64,000 nucleotides of DNA, taken from Camelus ferus. Taxonomy: Eukaryota. The DNA lies in NCBI RefSeq assembly GCF_009834535.1, contig NC_045697.1, forward strand, positions 117,244,001 through 117,308,000, in the 5' to 3' direction. The translations under genes and the position numbers were made by a program. Within the stretch, counting starts at the first letter, position 1. Every line of letters begins with the position of its first letter. Positions 50,870 through 63,600 of this stretch are shown here, piece after piece. Below the pieces are notes generated by a model. The model made no database searches. It was not told where the DNA came from and worked only from the letters and a program-made list of their open reading frames with translations.

Positions 50870-53470
50870 CTATGCCCTAGAGAATTTCTGCTCCATCATC
50901 AGTAAAATCTCTATTTCCAAATCTGCCCTGAGCATTCCCTTCACTTACTTAGTCTGATAAGAATATGGTTGTCCCCTAAAGACACTCCTTCCCTGGCTGT
51001 CTTCTGAACTGCGATATTTTCCTCCAGTTGCTTTCATACTATAGTCAATTACAGACCACTTTTTTCCATCATCTTTTTCTTTCACCTCCTCCAGCTTTGA
51101 ATCTCATGCATCCATCAGAGTTTATTACCCACCCATCATCATTTTTCACTGCAGGCACCTACTGATCCTCCTTTCCTTGACAATTATCAACTTCAGGCTC
51201 ACGGTCACTTCTCTAACGTTCTTTGAGATTTCAACACCCCTTAGATGATTTTTCTAATAGCCTGGTTCTCAGCTCCATGGACTCTTCAATGATCATGTTC
51301 CGCACATCCCCTCCGCCATTTACTCGCATGCCAAGGTCATTATCAATAACTGCAATACTTCACAATCTCAACGTAATATGCCAATTCTGGTAACATGTCT
51401 ATCCCACCAAAACATCCAATCCACTGATCCTATTAACTCTCCCCACTCACTCAACTTGCATCCTCCTCCCAACTTACTTAGCCTTAAACCCATGACCAAT
51501 AATTCAAATCAGTCCTTTGCATTAATCCTCAAAGATCCTGACTCTCTCTATTTATTAATATTTTCTTGGCAAAATCTCAAATCTAACTCCGAATTTCTAC
51601 CCAGACTCTGTCGAATCTGAATATATATTTACAGCAAAACAACCGTGCTTACTCTTCTCATCTTAATTTCATGATTATGACGTGCATTTTTCTCTTAATG
51701 GCAAATAACAACCATACTATATTTCCCTAAGCCATTTCTTTTCACGTGCTCTTAAATGTCTATCTCACGTCTTGTTCCCTCAAACCTCTAAAACCTCTCC
51801 TTCATTATCATTCTCAGAAAAATGATCTTCTTATTTCACTGAGAAAACTGATGCAGTCAGAAGATAACTGCCATAAACTACTAAGTCTACATCCATTTGC
51901 ATATCTATGCCCTGGCTTCACACCTTATGTCACCCAACTAAACATAAATGTGATAACATGATTTATAAGAAATATACACTTGGTCTTCATCCTCATTTCT
52001 GGCTCAGAGCTCCTAAAACCCTTGGAATTTCCTAAATTTATGAGAGTGATAAAGCTATGTTTTATTACGTGAATGAGGTGATTTTTGGAAACACTCAAGG
52101 ATGGGGACTGATTGCCAGGAGACCCAACCATGTGATAAGAGGGTTGGAACTCTCAGCTCCACCCTGCAGCCTCTGAGGAGGTTGGATCGATCACCAATTA
52201 CTGATGATTTAATCAAATAAGCCTATGTGATGAAGCCTCCATAAAATCCCAGAAGGTAAGTCATAGGAATGTAATGTACAGAAACAAACAAACAAAGAAA
52301 CTAAAAGGACCAGAGCTTCCAGTTTGATGAGCACCTAGAGATGCAGGAAGGAGAGACATGCCCAGCGAAGCAGGGAGACTCACACACCCTTTCCCCAGAC
52401 CTTGCCCTGGGCATCTCTTCCACCTGGCTGTTCCCGAGTTGCATCCTTCTATAATCAACTGGTATTTTAGTAAGGAAAACGTTTCTCTGAGTTTTGTGAG
52501 CTGCTCTAACAAATAACTGCAACCAGAGGAGGGAGTTGCTGGGACCTCCAGTCTATAGCTGGTCAGTCAGAAGCACAGGTGACAACCTGGGCCACGACTG
52601 ACATCTGAAGTGGGGGCAGGGTGTTTGAGGGGAGTCTTGTTGGACTGAACCCTTTACCTGTGGAATTGGGTGCCATCTCCCCATAGATGGTGTCAGAATG
52701 GAGTTGTATTGAGTTGAATTGTAGGGTGCCCAGTTAAGAGTCTGGAGAACACTTTGCTGGTGGGAACAAGAAGTGGGAAACTGGGTCCCAGAGCACAGTT
52801 AATGACTTGCTCCTCCATCCGCTCTTACAATGAGCTTACAAAATCAGTCCTTCAACTAATTTCTCCTATTACTCTTACCCCACCAGTTACTCTCAGTGTT
52901 CTGGGCCAGCTCCGCACACACGCTCTGATTTTCCCTATTGTTTTTCTTTTGAACCAACTTCTCCTGCCCTCCCTCTCCTTTCCCAAACAGAACGCAAAGC
53001 AAAACGCGATCTTGAAAACATACCTACAGTTAATTCGCCATGATTCCTCCCCTCTTCTTCTCTCTCAAACACACTTCAACCAGACTTTGATTTCTTTCCT
53101 TCAACCAAAAGTACTATCATCTGCTCCACCTTCATTGTCAGTGCTTGAATGATAAATTGTGTCCTATTGGTCATCAGTTCTGGGCGCAGTTAATCACTTC
53201 CTCCTCCCTGGTATACATTCTGCCCACTGCCTCTCTGCCACCTCACTGGAAATTTCTTTCCATGGACCTTTGCTAGTCTCTTCATTCTCCCTTACCTCTT
53301 AATGTTGGAAAAACCTCAGTTCAAGGTCCCATCAAATCACGTGGCTTTAACTGTCATCTTCTTGCTAATGATGGCCAGACAGTGCCATGCCCTCTCAGAC
53401 TTGTAATTTATAACTGTCCATGTGGCTCTCTGGTGGATGTTTTAAAATCAACCCAAACTTAATGGGCAAA
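50870..53470 (+). mobile_element. L2 LINE (ORF2 region) split by a MER21 LTR
   Basis: CT-rich L2-like sequence on both sides of 51949-52795, including ATCACGTGGCTTTAACTGTCATCT and CCCAAACTTAAT. Confidence 0.7.
51949..52795 (+). mobile_element. MER21-family solo LTR
   Basis: CAGAGCTCCTAAAACCCTTGGAATTTCCT, GAGGGTTGGAACTCTCAGC, CCTTGCCCTGGGCATCTCTTCCACCTGGCTGTTCC, GGTCAGTCAGAAGCACAGGTGACAACCTGG. Confidence 0.88.
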
Positions 53471-54609
53471 GTCCCCCATGTAAAAATCAGACAAGATTTT
53501 TCTTTCAGCTTGTTCTATGTCTTGAGAGGTTGGCTTTGTGACCATTGAGAATACTCCCTCTGGTTTCCACCACCTAGAAGGTATATATACTGGAGTCTAA
53601 TCTGGTGGCCAGTTGAATAGACTGGGGTTTTGAGACACAAAATTACAAGCAGCATTCTCTTTGCCTGGCTGAGCCAGCTCGCAGGGGATTTTGTCATAAG
53701 TGTTCCTAGTCCATGAAGAGTCTCTTGCTTTGTTAGTGCTGGAAAGGCAACAGTAGCACATGCCTAGAATCACAGACTGGCAGGTTTGTAACCGGAGGTG
53801 TCTCGTGTTCCCCTGAGAGACCTGGAGACACCATTTTTACTGCACAAGTTCTTACTACCTGTAACAATGATGGTCTTTGCTTTCTTAGGGTAACTCTGAG
53901 AGTAGACTTCCTGGGTCTTCTGAGGGCTGTGTCTTTTGCACTCTCCTTTGGGAGACCTCTTGTGTCCCTGGTTAGGCCATAAAAAGGCTTCTTGGTTTGA
54001 GTCGCTATTGATATTAATATAAGAGTCTACCCATCGGTGGCCAGATGACAAATCCTTTGAATTGACTATATTTAAAAGAAAACAAATTTTCTTAGAGCCC
54101 TCTCATCCTAAACAATCATCTTATCAGAACCTATGAAAAGACCAAATTAAAAAGTGGACCCAAAGAAGATGCAACAGCCAGCCTTAGGGACTCTCTCAAC
54201 AAGATGAAAGAACAGAAACTAGACTTGGAACAAAAACTGAAGTTTCTAGCCAACATCGCTTACCCTTCTTAAAAGCTGGCCCTATCTCCTCAGCAAATTC
54301 CCTTAGCTTCCAATGTCCTCCACCTTCCCCAGAAAATCTCTTAAACAAACTGCTGCCTAATTTAACTACTCCTTCCCTGCAAGATTTACAGAGAACACTC
54401 GGGCCTGACCTCCAGGCCTGCGGTGTATACTTACTTAAGTGCTGAGTGTCAGGACGTAAATTTAGCAGGAGCCTGGGATGAAGGCTGGCTTTGCTGGGCT
54501 CTACAGTCAGGCTCAGTCAATTTCCAGATTCCCTATGCAGTGTCTTTTGCAAACACATCTCAGGGTCTCTCCCAAAGAATTCATGCCCCACTACTCCCCG
54601 AGTAGATCA

Positions 54610-55885
54610 TTTTAATCATAAAGCCCTTTTACCTCCCCTTTCAGAAGAGCCTACCACATTCAGAGAGGAGCTGGAAAGATTAGCAGCCATTTAACCTCAT
54701 CACAGAGACCCTGACCGTCTGCTAACAGGAATTCTTCCCACCTGCAATTATACTGTAGTTATCAGACAAGCCAGACTGGGGAAAAACAATCCTCACCCAA
54801 GAAACAGATGACCGGAAACTCTCCCAGACCCTCCTGCACAGGACCAGGAAGTGGCTCAGCGGGAGGCTGATATCCAGGGACTGAAAGAAACATCAGTAGC
54901 GACTTCCTCCATCAAGGTGCATTGGCCTAAGATTGAATTGTGCACCCACAAATAAGTGAAGCCTCCAAAGGTCTCTGCTGAACACTTTATACAGACTTTT
55001 CAAAGGTGTGCTGCACTAAACCCTGAAGCTCCAGAACATGCAAATCTCTTAATCTGCATCTTAGACAGAAATTTTCTCCCTGATATAAAAAAATACAAAA
55101 GAGTGTGGATGAGTCGGCTAGTTAACCTCTAAGTGTAACAGAGAAGAACAGATCTGACTCCATACTGAATCTACCCCTTTACCTCTAACCCTGGGCTCTG
55201 TTTCCTGGGCTCAGTCATGCTGGTTCTGCACCTTTTGTAAAAGGATGTTGCCTGGAGCCTGAAATAGACAGGACAGCCCATTTGAACAGCTCTGACCTTT
55301 AAGGGTGTAACACTTTTCTATTCATGCAAAGATAAAAAGTTTCAAAACAGGGAATAACATTTGTCTTACTAGAGGTTTCCAGGGGCACTATGACCTGGCC
55401 CATGTGGACAGCTGCAAGAACAAAGGATTCTGACACCAAGAAGTTTGCAGCAACCAACCACACCCCCTCCCCTTTTAGTATAAAAGGAGCCTGAATTCTG
55501 ACTTGAGGAAGATGGTTCTCCAGGATGTTAGTCCCCCATCTTCTCAGTCTGCTGGTTATCCAAACAGAGTTGCTATTCTTTGCCCCAACACCTCCTCTCT
55601 TGATTTATCGGCCTGTCATTGGGCAAGCAGAATGAGTCTTCACTTGGTAACATAAGCATTGTAATGAAAGCAGCTAACCAGTTATTTGAAGAAAGCTTCC
55701 AGAAGTGCAAGAGAAAAAAGTTAAAATAAAAAATTCTTGATTTCCAACTTGAATCTTTAGAGAAACAAAAGCATAACTCTGAGAGCAACACAAAGTCCAC
55801 TCAGATCTTTTCCTTTAATTTGTGTTCAGTAATTTACAGATATTGTAAAAAATCAAGACATTAGAAGTAACAATTATCATGCACA
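54610..55885 (+). pseudogene. gag: Decayed gammaretrovirus-like gag (capsid plus zinc knuckle), interrupted by a solo LTR
   Basis: NHKALLPPLSEEPTTFREELERLAAI*PHHRD (p30 N-terminal-like), KVHWPKIELCTHK*VKPPKVSAEHFIQTFQRCAALNPEAPEHANLLI (major-homology-region-like), and RYCKKSRH*K near 55838-55867 (CCHC remnant). Confidence 0.75.
55134..55652 (+). mobile_element. Solo LTR, ERV1-like family A, copy 4, inserted in gag
   Basis: TGTAACA...GGTAACA with perfect 4-bp TSD TAAG (55130-55133 / 55653-55656). TATAAAA present, AATAAA mutated. Confidence 0.95.
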
Positions 55886-58800
55886 TAGGAAAAAGAAGCA
55901 AACATTTAAATAGTAATTACCCTACACTTCTGATAACAGACAAATATGCTCCAGGACTCCTAGTCTTGGAGAAAACTTGCATTCTTCCTCTGTCCCTTGA
56001 ACATGTAAATATTACCGTATCTTTGAAATGTAAACACTCCAAGGTGTAACTAAAACAATGCTCACATTCACCTTAGACTGAAGGAACAAAAGGAAAACTG
56101 TTTTTGTTTTTTTTTAATACAAATTGTTAAAAAGTCTCCCTTGCCAAAATCTAGCTTATAGCCTTCAAAAGATTACTTATCAAGGTCAAATACATATCTT
56201 AAAAAATTTCTTTATAAATAGTAGAAAGCTTAGCTATAAGAGCAGGTAAAAATTCAACTATTCCAACTGTTATTTATAAACCAGTGAGTTTCATATTGTT
56301 ATACATGACTTCTAGCTAAAATTTTAAAATGAAAGCTAGAAGGTTCTGTTTTTGTCTGTCTTCATGTTTATGTATGTCTACAGATGTATGTTATAAACGT
56401 ATATGTGACACTTCACTACCTTCTGGTGGTATTACTAAAATTAATTTATAAGAAATCTCCAATTAATTGGCTTAAAATAACTGCTTATTAATTAAGTATT
56501 CCTAAAACTAAGAAATATAAAAACTAACACAATTTTTTTTTTTTTAATTCAGGTGGCCGGTGAAAATCTTTGGTAAATAAAATCTAGTTTAAGTTTTTCG
56601 GTTTAATTAATACAGACATGTCTTTGGAGCTAAAAGCATTAAGTATAGTACTTCAGCTAGGTTTACTGAAAGTCAAGTAAACTCATGCTGTATCTGTTGC
56701 GAAGTTTGTCAGCAAGAAAAATTACTTAAGATGATGGCTGGCTACTTTGATGGCTCATGAAATTTTCATGAGTAATCTAGATATGACTGTTGGAAACAAG
56801 TGAATTAAATAGATGTAAATGGGAAAGGAATTTAAGGGAACTTTTCAACAATAATTATGTTTCAGAATATGTCTGCTTAAATAGCTTCCCAAGCATCTCT
56901 GGTAACTTTTACACTTAGAATTTTGCTAAGTTGAATTAAATGATAGCAATTTATTGACTACCTAAATCATTTCCAAATAAGATAAAACACAGCAACGTTA
57001 ATTACTGTACAGAGGCTGGTAAACCATTTAGTTTCCTTTTTACAGAGGAACTAAAGATATTTGAATCTATTAGTAAATATGTGTAGTGACATATTAAAAT
57101 TTTGTACTATAAATAAGCATATGTCTCTAGAAATTATGAAATAAATTCATAAATTTGCTAATCTAAAGAATGCTGGTGTAACATCATTGCTTACCTCTTT
57201 GGTAATTTTTCTAAAAGGTTAAGAAATCTAATTAATATATGTAATTAAAACTACTAAAATAATAAGGGGAAATCTCTGCATGCAAGAAAAGAAAGATATG
57301 TGTTTTTAGTAAGGGAAAGATGAGAAATGAAGCTGCATTTTTGTTTAGGGAAAATAAAGTAATTTTGTCCTAGAATGAAACTAGTTATTCCAGGATGGGA
57401 AATAGGAAGAACATGGGGCACAACTTGAACATAAAAAAGAAAGTAGTAGAAGAACTGTGAAAAAAGAATTGTGGGAAAGAAATTTTATGTATGGTCAAGA
57501 AGGCTAAGATAATTTTTTTGGAAAGGAATGAATTTTAGTATCAAAAGCACATTGATAAAAATCAGAATTTGGCTTTCCCCCCCTACTAAAAGGACCAAAT
57601 TTTATTAGATTATTGGTCCGCTCATACTAAGACAAATGAACAAAGGTTTTCATTTACCTTTTAAGTAATCTGCTTGTTAAACAAAGACTGTGTGTCTTAC
57701 TAACCATACTTCACACTGTCATCATCAGGTCTTTGATGACTTACACGCAAGTGTTCGCTATTATAAAACTAAGTTTAGCTTATAATTATGTAATTTTCTG
57801 TATTTGCCTGTGAAATCTTTTGATTGTCACTTTGGTCAAATAGATAAGCATTGATTTCTATTGTCCTACGATTTTACCTAACCAAGTGTTTTAAAACTTT
57901 TTTGACATTTTCGACAAACTTCTCAAAATCAAATTCTAAATGGAGTTTTTCTTTTTCTTAATTTGGAAGTAAGTTGGGATTTTCCAGAGGCTCCTCAGAA
58001 CATATCAAAATATTTGTTTCCTCTCCTTATTAAAATCTTTGAAATGTTAAATCAATAGGGGTTATTTGGTATGTTAAAATACATGGGAAGCATTGTCCAG
58101 TAATAAGTTACTACTAGGCCTTCTTTATGTTGTATTTGTCTAGGTATATGTTACAACTGCTGCATAGAAATTGTATGAAATTCCTAGAAATCTGGCATAT
58201 CCTATTATAATCCTAGTACAATGCTATCACTTGTAATTCTTGTTACTATCTTAAGATGTATTATCACAGAAGTAACCAAATTTCCTTGTCAATAGCATTG
58301 TGGATGAGCTCTCATCAGATCTTCAACCCTGGGCATTTTAAGTTTTTGTCATCTATAGAATCTGTGTTTTCACTCTGATGCTTTTGCAAAAGTGTTTTAT
58401 CTTCAGAGAGATTCATGAAAAAGACTCTTACAAGTACTTTAGAATACAGGTTTCTGATAACTTTCAGATTACGCTATTGAACTGGGAAGGATTTACAGAA
58501 CTCTAAGGAAAAACTGAATTCCCAAAACTGCTAACAAAAAAAATTAAGGTTAACAAGATTTAATTATATGGGACTAAGATAACAGAAAAGGGAAATTATA
58601 ACTTCTTATGACTTTTTTGACTGAAACATTGCTGGCTTTGTAATGTTTTGTGTCTCCAGATTTAAGGAAATTTTTCCTCTTTTCCCTTAAGCTACATGCC
58701 CTCGCTTCATCGAAAGATGCTTTGAGACTGACTGGTGAAAATCTTTACTTCTGTCTTCAGAACTCAGAAACTGGATAATAGTTTGCTCTGATTGTTAACC

Positions 58801-59032
58801 ATTGTTTTCCTTTTATTTCCATTAAAATACCTTATTAAACACCTGATTTCTCAAGCAATGTAGTTCTAACTTTGGGAGATGAGCTGCATGATCATATCCT
58901 AAAATGAGACACAACTGTTTAACTGAAATAACTTATTTTCAAGTCTAAAATATGAATTCAATGAAACAATGGGATTGTTCTTCCAACTCAGCCTCTAGAT
59001 TGTGAAACTTCTTGATGTTTCAAAGGTGGGAG

Positions 59033-59977
59033 GAAACAGGAACAAAACATGCTGCTCTAAAATTTATGCCACTTTGGCATGTTAATTTTTTTAACATTTT
59101 TTGTTGATTTATAATCATTTTACAATGTTGTGTCAAATTCCAGTGTAGAGCACAATTTTTCAGTTATACATGAACATATATATATTCATTGTCACATTTT
59201 TTTCTCCGTTAGCTACCATAAGATCTTGTGTATATTTCCCTGTGCTCTACAGTATAATCTTGTTTATCTATTCTGCAATTTTGAAATCCCAGTCTATCTC
59301 TTCCTACCCCCCGCCCCCTTGGCAACCACAAGTTTGTATTCTATGTCTGTGAGTCTGTTTCTGTTTTGTATTTATGCTTTGTTTATTTGTTTGTTTGTTT
59401 GTTTTTAGATTCCACATATGAGCGCTCTCATATGGTATTTTTCTTTCTCTTTCTGGCTTACTTCACTTAGAATGACATTCTCCAGGATCATCCATGTTGC
59501 TGCAAATGGCATTATGTTGTCAGTTTTTATGGCTGAATAGGCATATTAATTATTTTGAATAAAAGTTACTTAAAGAATGACACCCTGACGCTCTTTTAGT
59601 CCCCTGAAAGCAGGAAATAAATGTCCCATGTGAAAGGTACCCTCGCTGTATCAGGAGGTAGAGACTCATACTTATCCCAGAGATGGGGATTTCAGGGCAA
59701 AGAAGGCTGGATAAACAAACCTTGTGACTTTTGCACTAATTAGCTGCTCCAAGCCCAAACCACTTTGCTTTGTCAGTTGTTCACAAATTTATTGTTTCTT
59801 TGTCTGAAAGACATAAAACTGCCTGCTCTGGTCACTTAACTTGAGTCTTATATTTTATGAGTTCCCGTACATAATCAGTTTGTTTTTCTCCTGTTAATCT
59901 GTCTTACATCAATTTAACTATTAGACTGGCCAAAGGACCCAAAAGGAAAGAAAGGGAAAGTTTTCCTCCTCTATACA
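59033..59977 (+). mobile_element. MER34/MER39-like 3' LTR, interrupted by a young L1
   Basis: ATGCTGCTCTAAAATTTATGCCACTTTGGCAT start and GTTTGTTTTTCTCCTGTTAATCTGTCT...TTTTCCTCCTCTATACA end. Confidence 0.85.
59088..59539 (-). mobile_element. Young 5'-truncated L1 nested in the LTR
   Basis: Antisense 3'UTR and ORF2 end. TSD GGCATGTTAATT (59076-59087) / GGCATATTAATT (59540-59551). Confidence 0.95.
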
Positions 59978-59989
59978 TGTAACTAGTTA

Positions 59990-62250
59990 CTTTTTTTTTT
60001 CCTTTACTTAATGTTATGTCCTTACATTTCGACCGTGTTGATGGTTGTGAGTACAGATCATTCCCATTCTCTGCTGTATAGTATTCAATTAATGAGTGGA
60101 CCATAATGTAGCCATTATCAAATTGATATATTTGGTAGACGTTTGAATTGGTTCCAGTTTGACATTACGTATACTGCTGCATTAACCAGGAATGTCTACA
60201 TCGTCTGAACATTTGCAAGAATCTCTTTGGATGTGTACTGAGCTCCTGAATCATAAGTTATGAACCAATTTTGACATACGTAGATAATGTCAACCAATTG
60301 TTCACAGTGTTTCTATATAAATTTATAAGCCAATAAGAAAAGAGTAAATATGTCTTTGCTTCACATCCTTATATTTGTCAGACTTTTAAATTCCTGCCAG
60401 TATAGTGGTTAAATGATATCTCATTGTGGTCTTAATTTCTAATCCTCTCATTTCTACTGAGGTCGAGAAATTATTTTTCTACTTTTTTTCTTTATTATTT
60501 ATAAGATACACATATGTACATCTATTTAGGGCTTCTTCAACGTTTTCCTATACTATTTTGGAATTTTATACACCAAAATATTGTATAAATTTTGTTAGAT
60601 TCAATCCTCAGTAGTTAAAAAGTTTTGATTGCTAGTATAAATATTGTCTATAAAAAATTACATACTCTATTTTTTCTGATAGATGAAATGTAGCTTTTCT
60701 TGTGCACTGAGTGTCTAAAACCTTTACTAAGCTCTCTAATCCTGATTGCTTATCTATATTTTCATCTAGATTTCTATAGAAATCATTCAGCCATGTGAAA
60801 ATAATGGCAACTTGATTTATTTTCCAATATTTTAACATTTATACGTTTATTCCTACAATTAAAACTTATTTGGCTAGGAGGTATATTTATTTCTCAATAA
60901 ATTGCTGCATTTGGGAGCTAATGTTCTGCTTAGAATTTTCGCATCTGTGCTTATAATTAAGCTTTATCTGTAGTGCTATCTCAGTATTTCTTTTTTTTTT
61001 TTTTTTTTTTTACTGATTTTGATATCAATGCTATATTTGTCTCATGAAATAAGCTGTAGATTGTTCACATTTCCTGTTCTTTGGACAATTGGTTTAATAT
61101 CACAGTCTATTTATTCTCTAAATGTTTTTGAAACCCACTGATAATGCCGTTTGTTGGTTGGTTTTCATTTGTGGGAAGATTTTTAAACTACTGATTCAAT
61201 TACTCTAATGGTTATCTACCTCAAGTTTCATATTTCTTCTTCAGTTAATTTTGGTAATGGAATTGTCCATTTTACCTAAGTTTCAAGATGCACTGACATC
61301 AGGTTAATAATACTTTCTTTTATTTGTTTCTGCAGCATCTGGCATTATGTCCTCTTTGCTCTCCTGGTGGGGTTTATTTACATTACTTATTTTTGCTTGA
61401 TTAATCTTGCTGGTGGTTGATCCTATTTATTTTATTTTACACTTAAGAATAAACTTTGGCTAATATGATTCTAAATAGTATATGTTGGTTTTGTTATTTA
61501 TTATTTTTCTGTATTTTTGTTTTTCCTTCCTTTTACTTTCTTAGTTTTTATTCATTAATCTCCAGATTTTTTTTCATATTCAATCTATACATTTCCTTTT
61601 AGCATTACCTTAACTGCATCCCACAAGTATTGATATAGCCTGCTTTTGTTATTTGTCAGCTCTAACTATGTCCTAATTTCCATTATGATTTTAAATTTAG
61701 TAAGAAATTTTTTCTTAGTATATATTATTTTTTAAATTAGGTGGGATTTTTTTTTTCACTTTTTAAAATTATTTAATCAGCCTAATTACCTTGTCAGTAA
61801 ACATCCTCTGAAGGGTATCAGTCTTGAAATTTGGTAAGGTTTACTCAATGCAACAAAATCCACGTTGAAGAAGCTCTCAGAGTGCTTGAAAAGAATAAAC
61901 ATTCTTAAGTTGTTGCAGACAATATTATTTATGTCCTAGCAATCAATTTTATATTTCATGAATTCTGTTCTTACTTTTATTACTTCCTTTCTTCTGCTTA
62001 CTTAATGTTAAATTTGTTCTTTGCTTTCTATATTCTTAAGGGAAAAAGTTCAGATTATTGACTTCACACTTTTTTTAACAGACATGCAGCACTCTAAACA
62101 TCTCTCTAAGAAGTACTTTAGTCATGTAGCACAAATTTTGATTTGTTGTGTGTGTTTCCATTTTTTTCATTATTCTCTTTAAAAATTTCTAATTTGTTTT
62201 AATATTGCCATTGACCTATAGATAATTTAGAAGTATGTTTTCTAGTTTCT
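59990..62250 (-). mobile_element. Old L1M, antisense, degenerate ORF2/3' region
   Basis: T-rich antisense L1 motifs (GTATTCAATT, CTCATTGTGGTCTTAATTT, GATTTTGATATCAATG, CTGCATCCCACAAG). Confidence 0.8.
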
Positions 62251-62254
62251 AAAT

Positions 62255-62520
62255 ACATTCTCACCAGCAGTGTAGGAGGGTTCCCTTTTCTACACAGCCT
62301 CTCCAGTGTTTGTTTGTCATTTGTGGACTTTTGAATGACGGCCATTCTGACTGGTGTGAGGTGATGCCTCATTGTAGGTTTGATTTGCATTTCTCTGATA
62401 ATTAGCAATATTGAGCATATTTTCATGTGCCTATTGGTCTCTCCAAAGAAGACATCCAGGTTTTCTTTGGAGAGATGTTTATTTAGGTCTTCTGCCCATT
62501 TTTGATTGTGTTGCTTGTTT
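62255..62520 (-). mobile_element. Younger L1 ORF2 fragment
   Basis: Minus-strand ORF 62199-62426 [33 protein letters not shown] matches the L1 ORF2 C-terminal region. Confidence 0.92.
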
Positions 62521-62528
62521 TTTGTTTC

Positions 62529-62622
62529 TTTTTTTTTTTTTTTTTAATTTAATGGAGATACCAGGGATTGAACCTGGGACCTCATGTGTGCTAAGCACAT
62601 GCGACACCACTGAGCTCCACCT
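62529..62622 (-). mobile_element. Vic-1-like SINE
   Basis: Poly-T followed by AATGGAGATACCAGGGATTGAACCTGGGACCTCATGTGTGCTAAGCACATGCGACACCACTGAGCT, the reverse complement of the 33100 element family. Confidence 0.88.
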
Positions 62623-63600
62623 TGACTTCTGGAGACCATCTTAATTACTACCAAGCTTGATCTTTAACTTGAATGCAGCATGAGTAAATGCCCTCACGGA
62701 AGAAAAGAGCCAGCCAGCATCCACTTGTCTCAGAAGGTCTCTTACCTCCCTACAATTTTACTTTGTGGCTTCTCCAGACTTCTGATGCCTTCAAAATATC
62801 ACTTTTGTAATGTATCTATGTTTTCTAGTTATGGCACTGAGAGCAGTATCTGCTGTTACCTGCTACATCCTGTCTGGAAGGCAAATGTTTTATCTTAATA
62901 TATTTGTCATTCTAAAGATTCAATTTGGTTCCTTTTCAAACCTCTTGGTTCATTTTTATGGGCTCTTTTCTCCTTAATTGTATTTTCAATTTCCTCATAT
63001 TTCACAATATACTTTATATTTGAAAATTCTACTGATAATGTCTGCTTAAAAGTGTTGAGGGAAGTATATATCTCATGCTTTAATATACCTGGAAAGAAAT
63101 TCATAATCCTCAGAGGTTAAATATTAAATGAAAGCAGGAATCCATAAAGGTAGAAATAACCCAAAAGTTGGCTTTTTCTTCAAAACAGAATCACAATTTA
63201 TGATTTAATAACTTACACTCTATTGCATCATTTATAGGAAAGTAGAAAATATGTTTAAGAAAAGAGTGTGTGGAAAGTGGATTAAATGAGGGGGAAATTA
63301 TTTTTCCAATCATGAAGAATATATTCAGAGGTACAGAGTCTTTCATGTACCATCTATTCTAAAAGAGAAAATTCTCATCACCCATGGAACAAAATATTTG
63401 GGTTTTGTCATAAAAACCCCTCTACATTGTAGCCTCTGTCCACCTGTTCCATTTCTAGTCAGTTTCTCTGTTGTACTTAACGCTGTCTTTTCACTGTTTA
63501 TATTTTTCCATGCTTCATGTGATTTCACATCCAGCACCTCTGCTTGCTATTCTGTTAGTCTGATCATTCCTCCCCCCTAATTCCTATGGATAATTCACAC

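Larger units (their letters stand above)
53480..59032 (+). mobile_element. ERV1 MER4/MER34-group internal region (non-autonomous, gag remnant, no pol/env seen)
   Basis: Leader-like sequence, gag remnants, a long AT-rich internal tract, and a polypurine tract (CAAAGGTGGGAG, about 59021-59032) abutting a MER34-like LTR. Confidence 0.8.

Noticed and set aside
73..63580. The many 60-157 aa ORFs in the supplied track as real genes
   Set aside because: Most start at non-ATG codons, lie in repeats or low-complexity sequence, and resemble no cellular protein I recognise. The recognisable ones are L1 ORF2 (18717, 28326, 62199), gag (54491) or FTL pseudogene frames.
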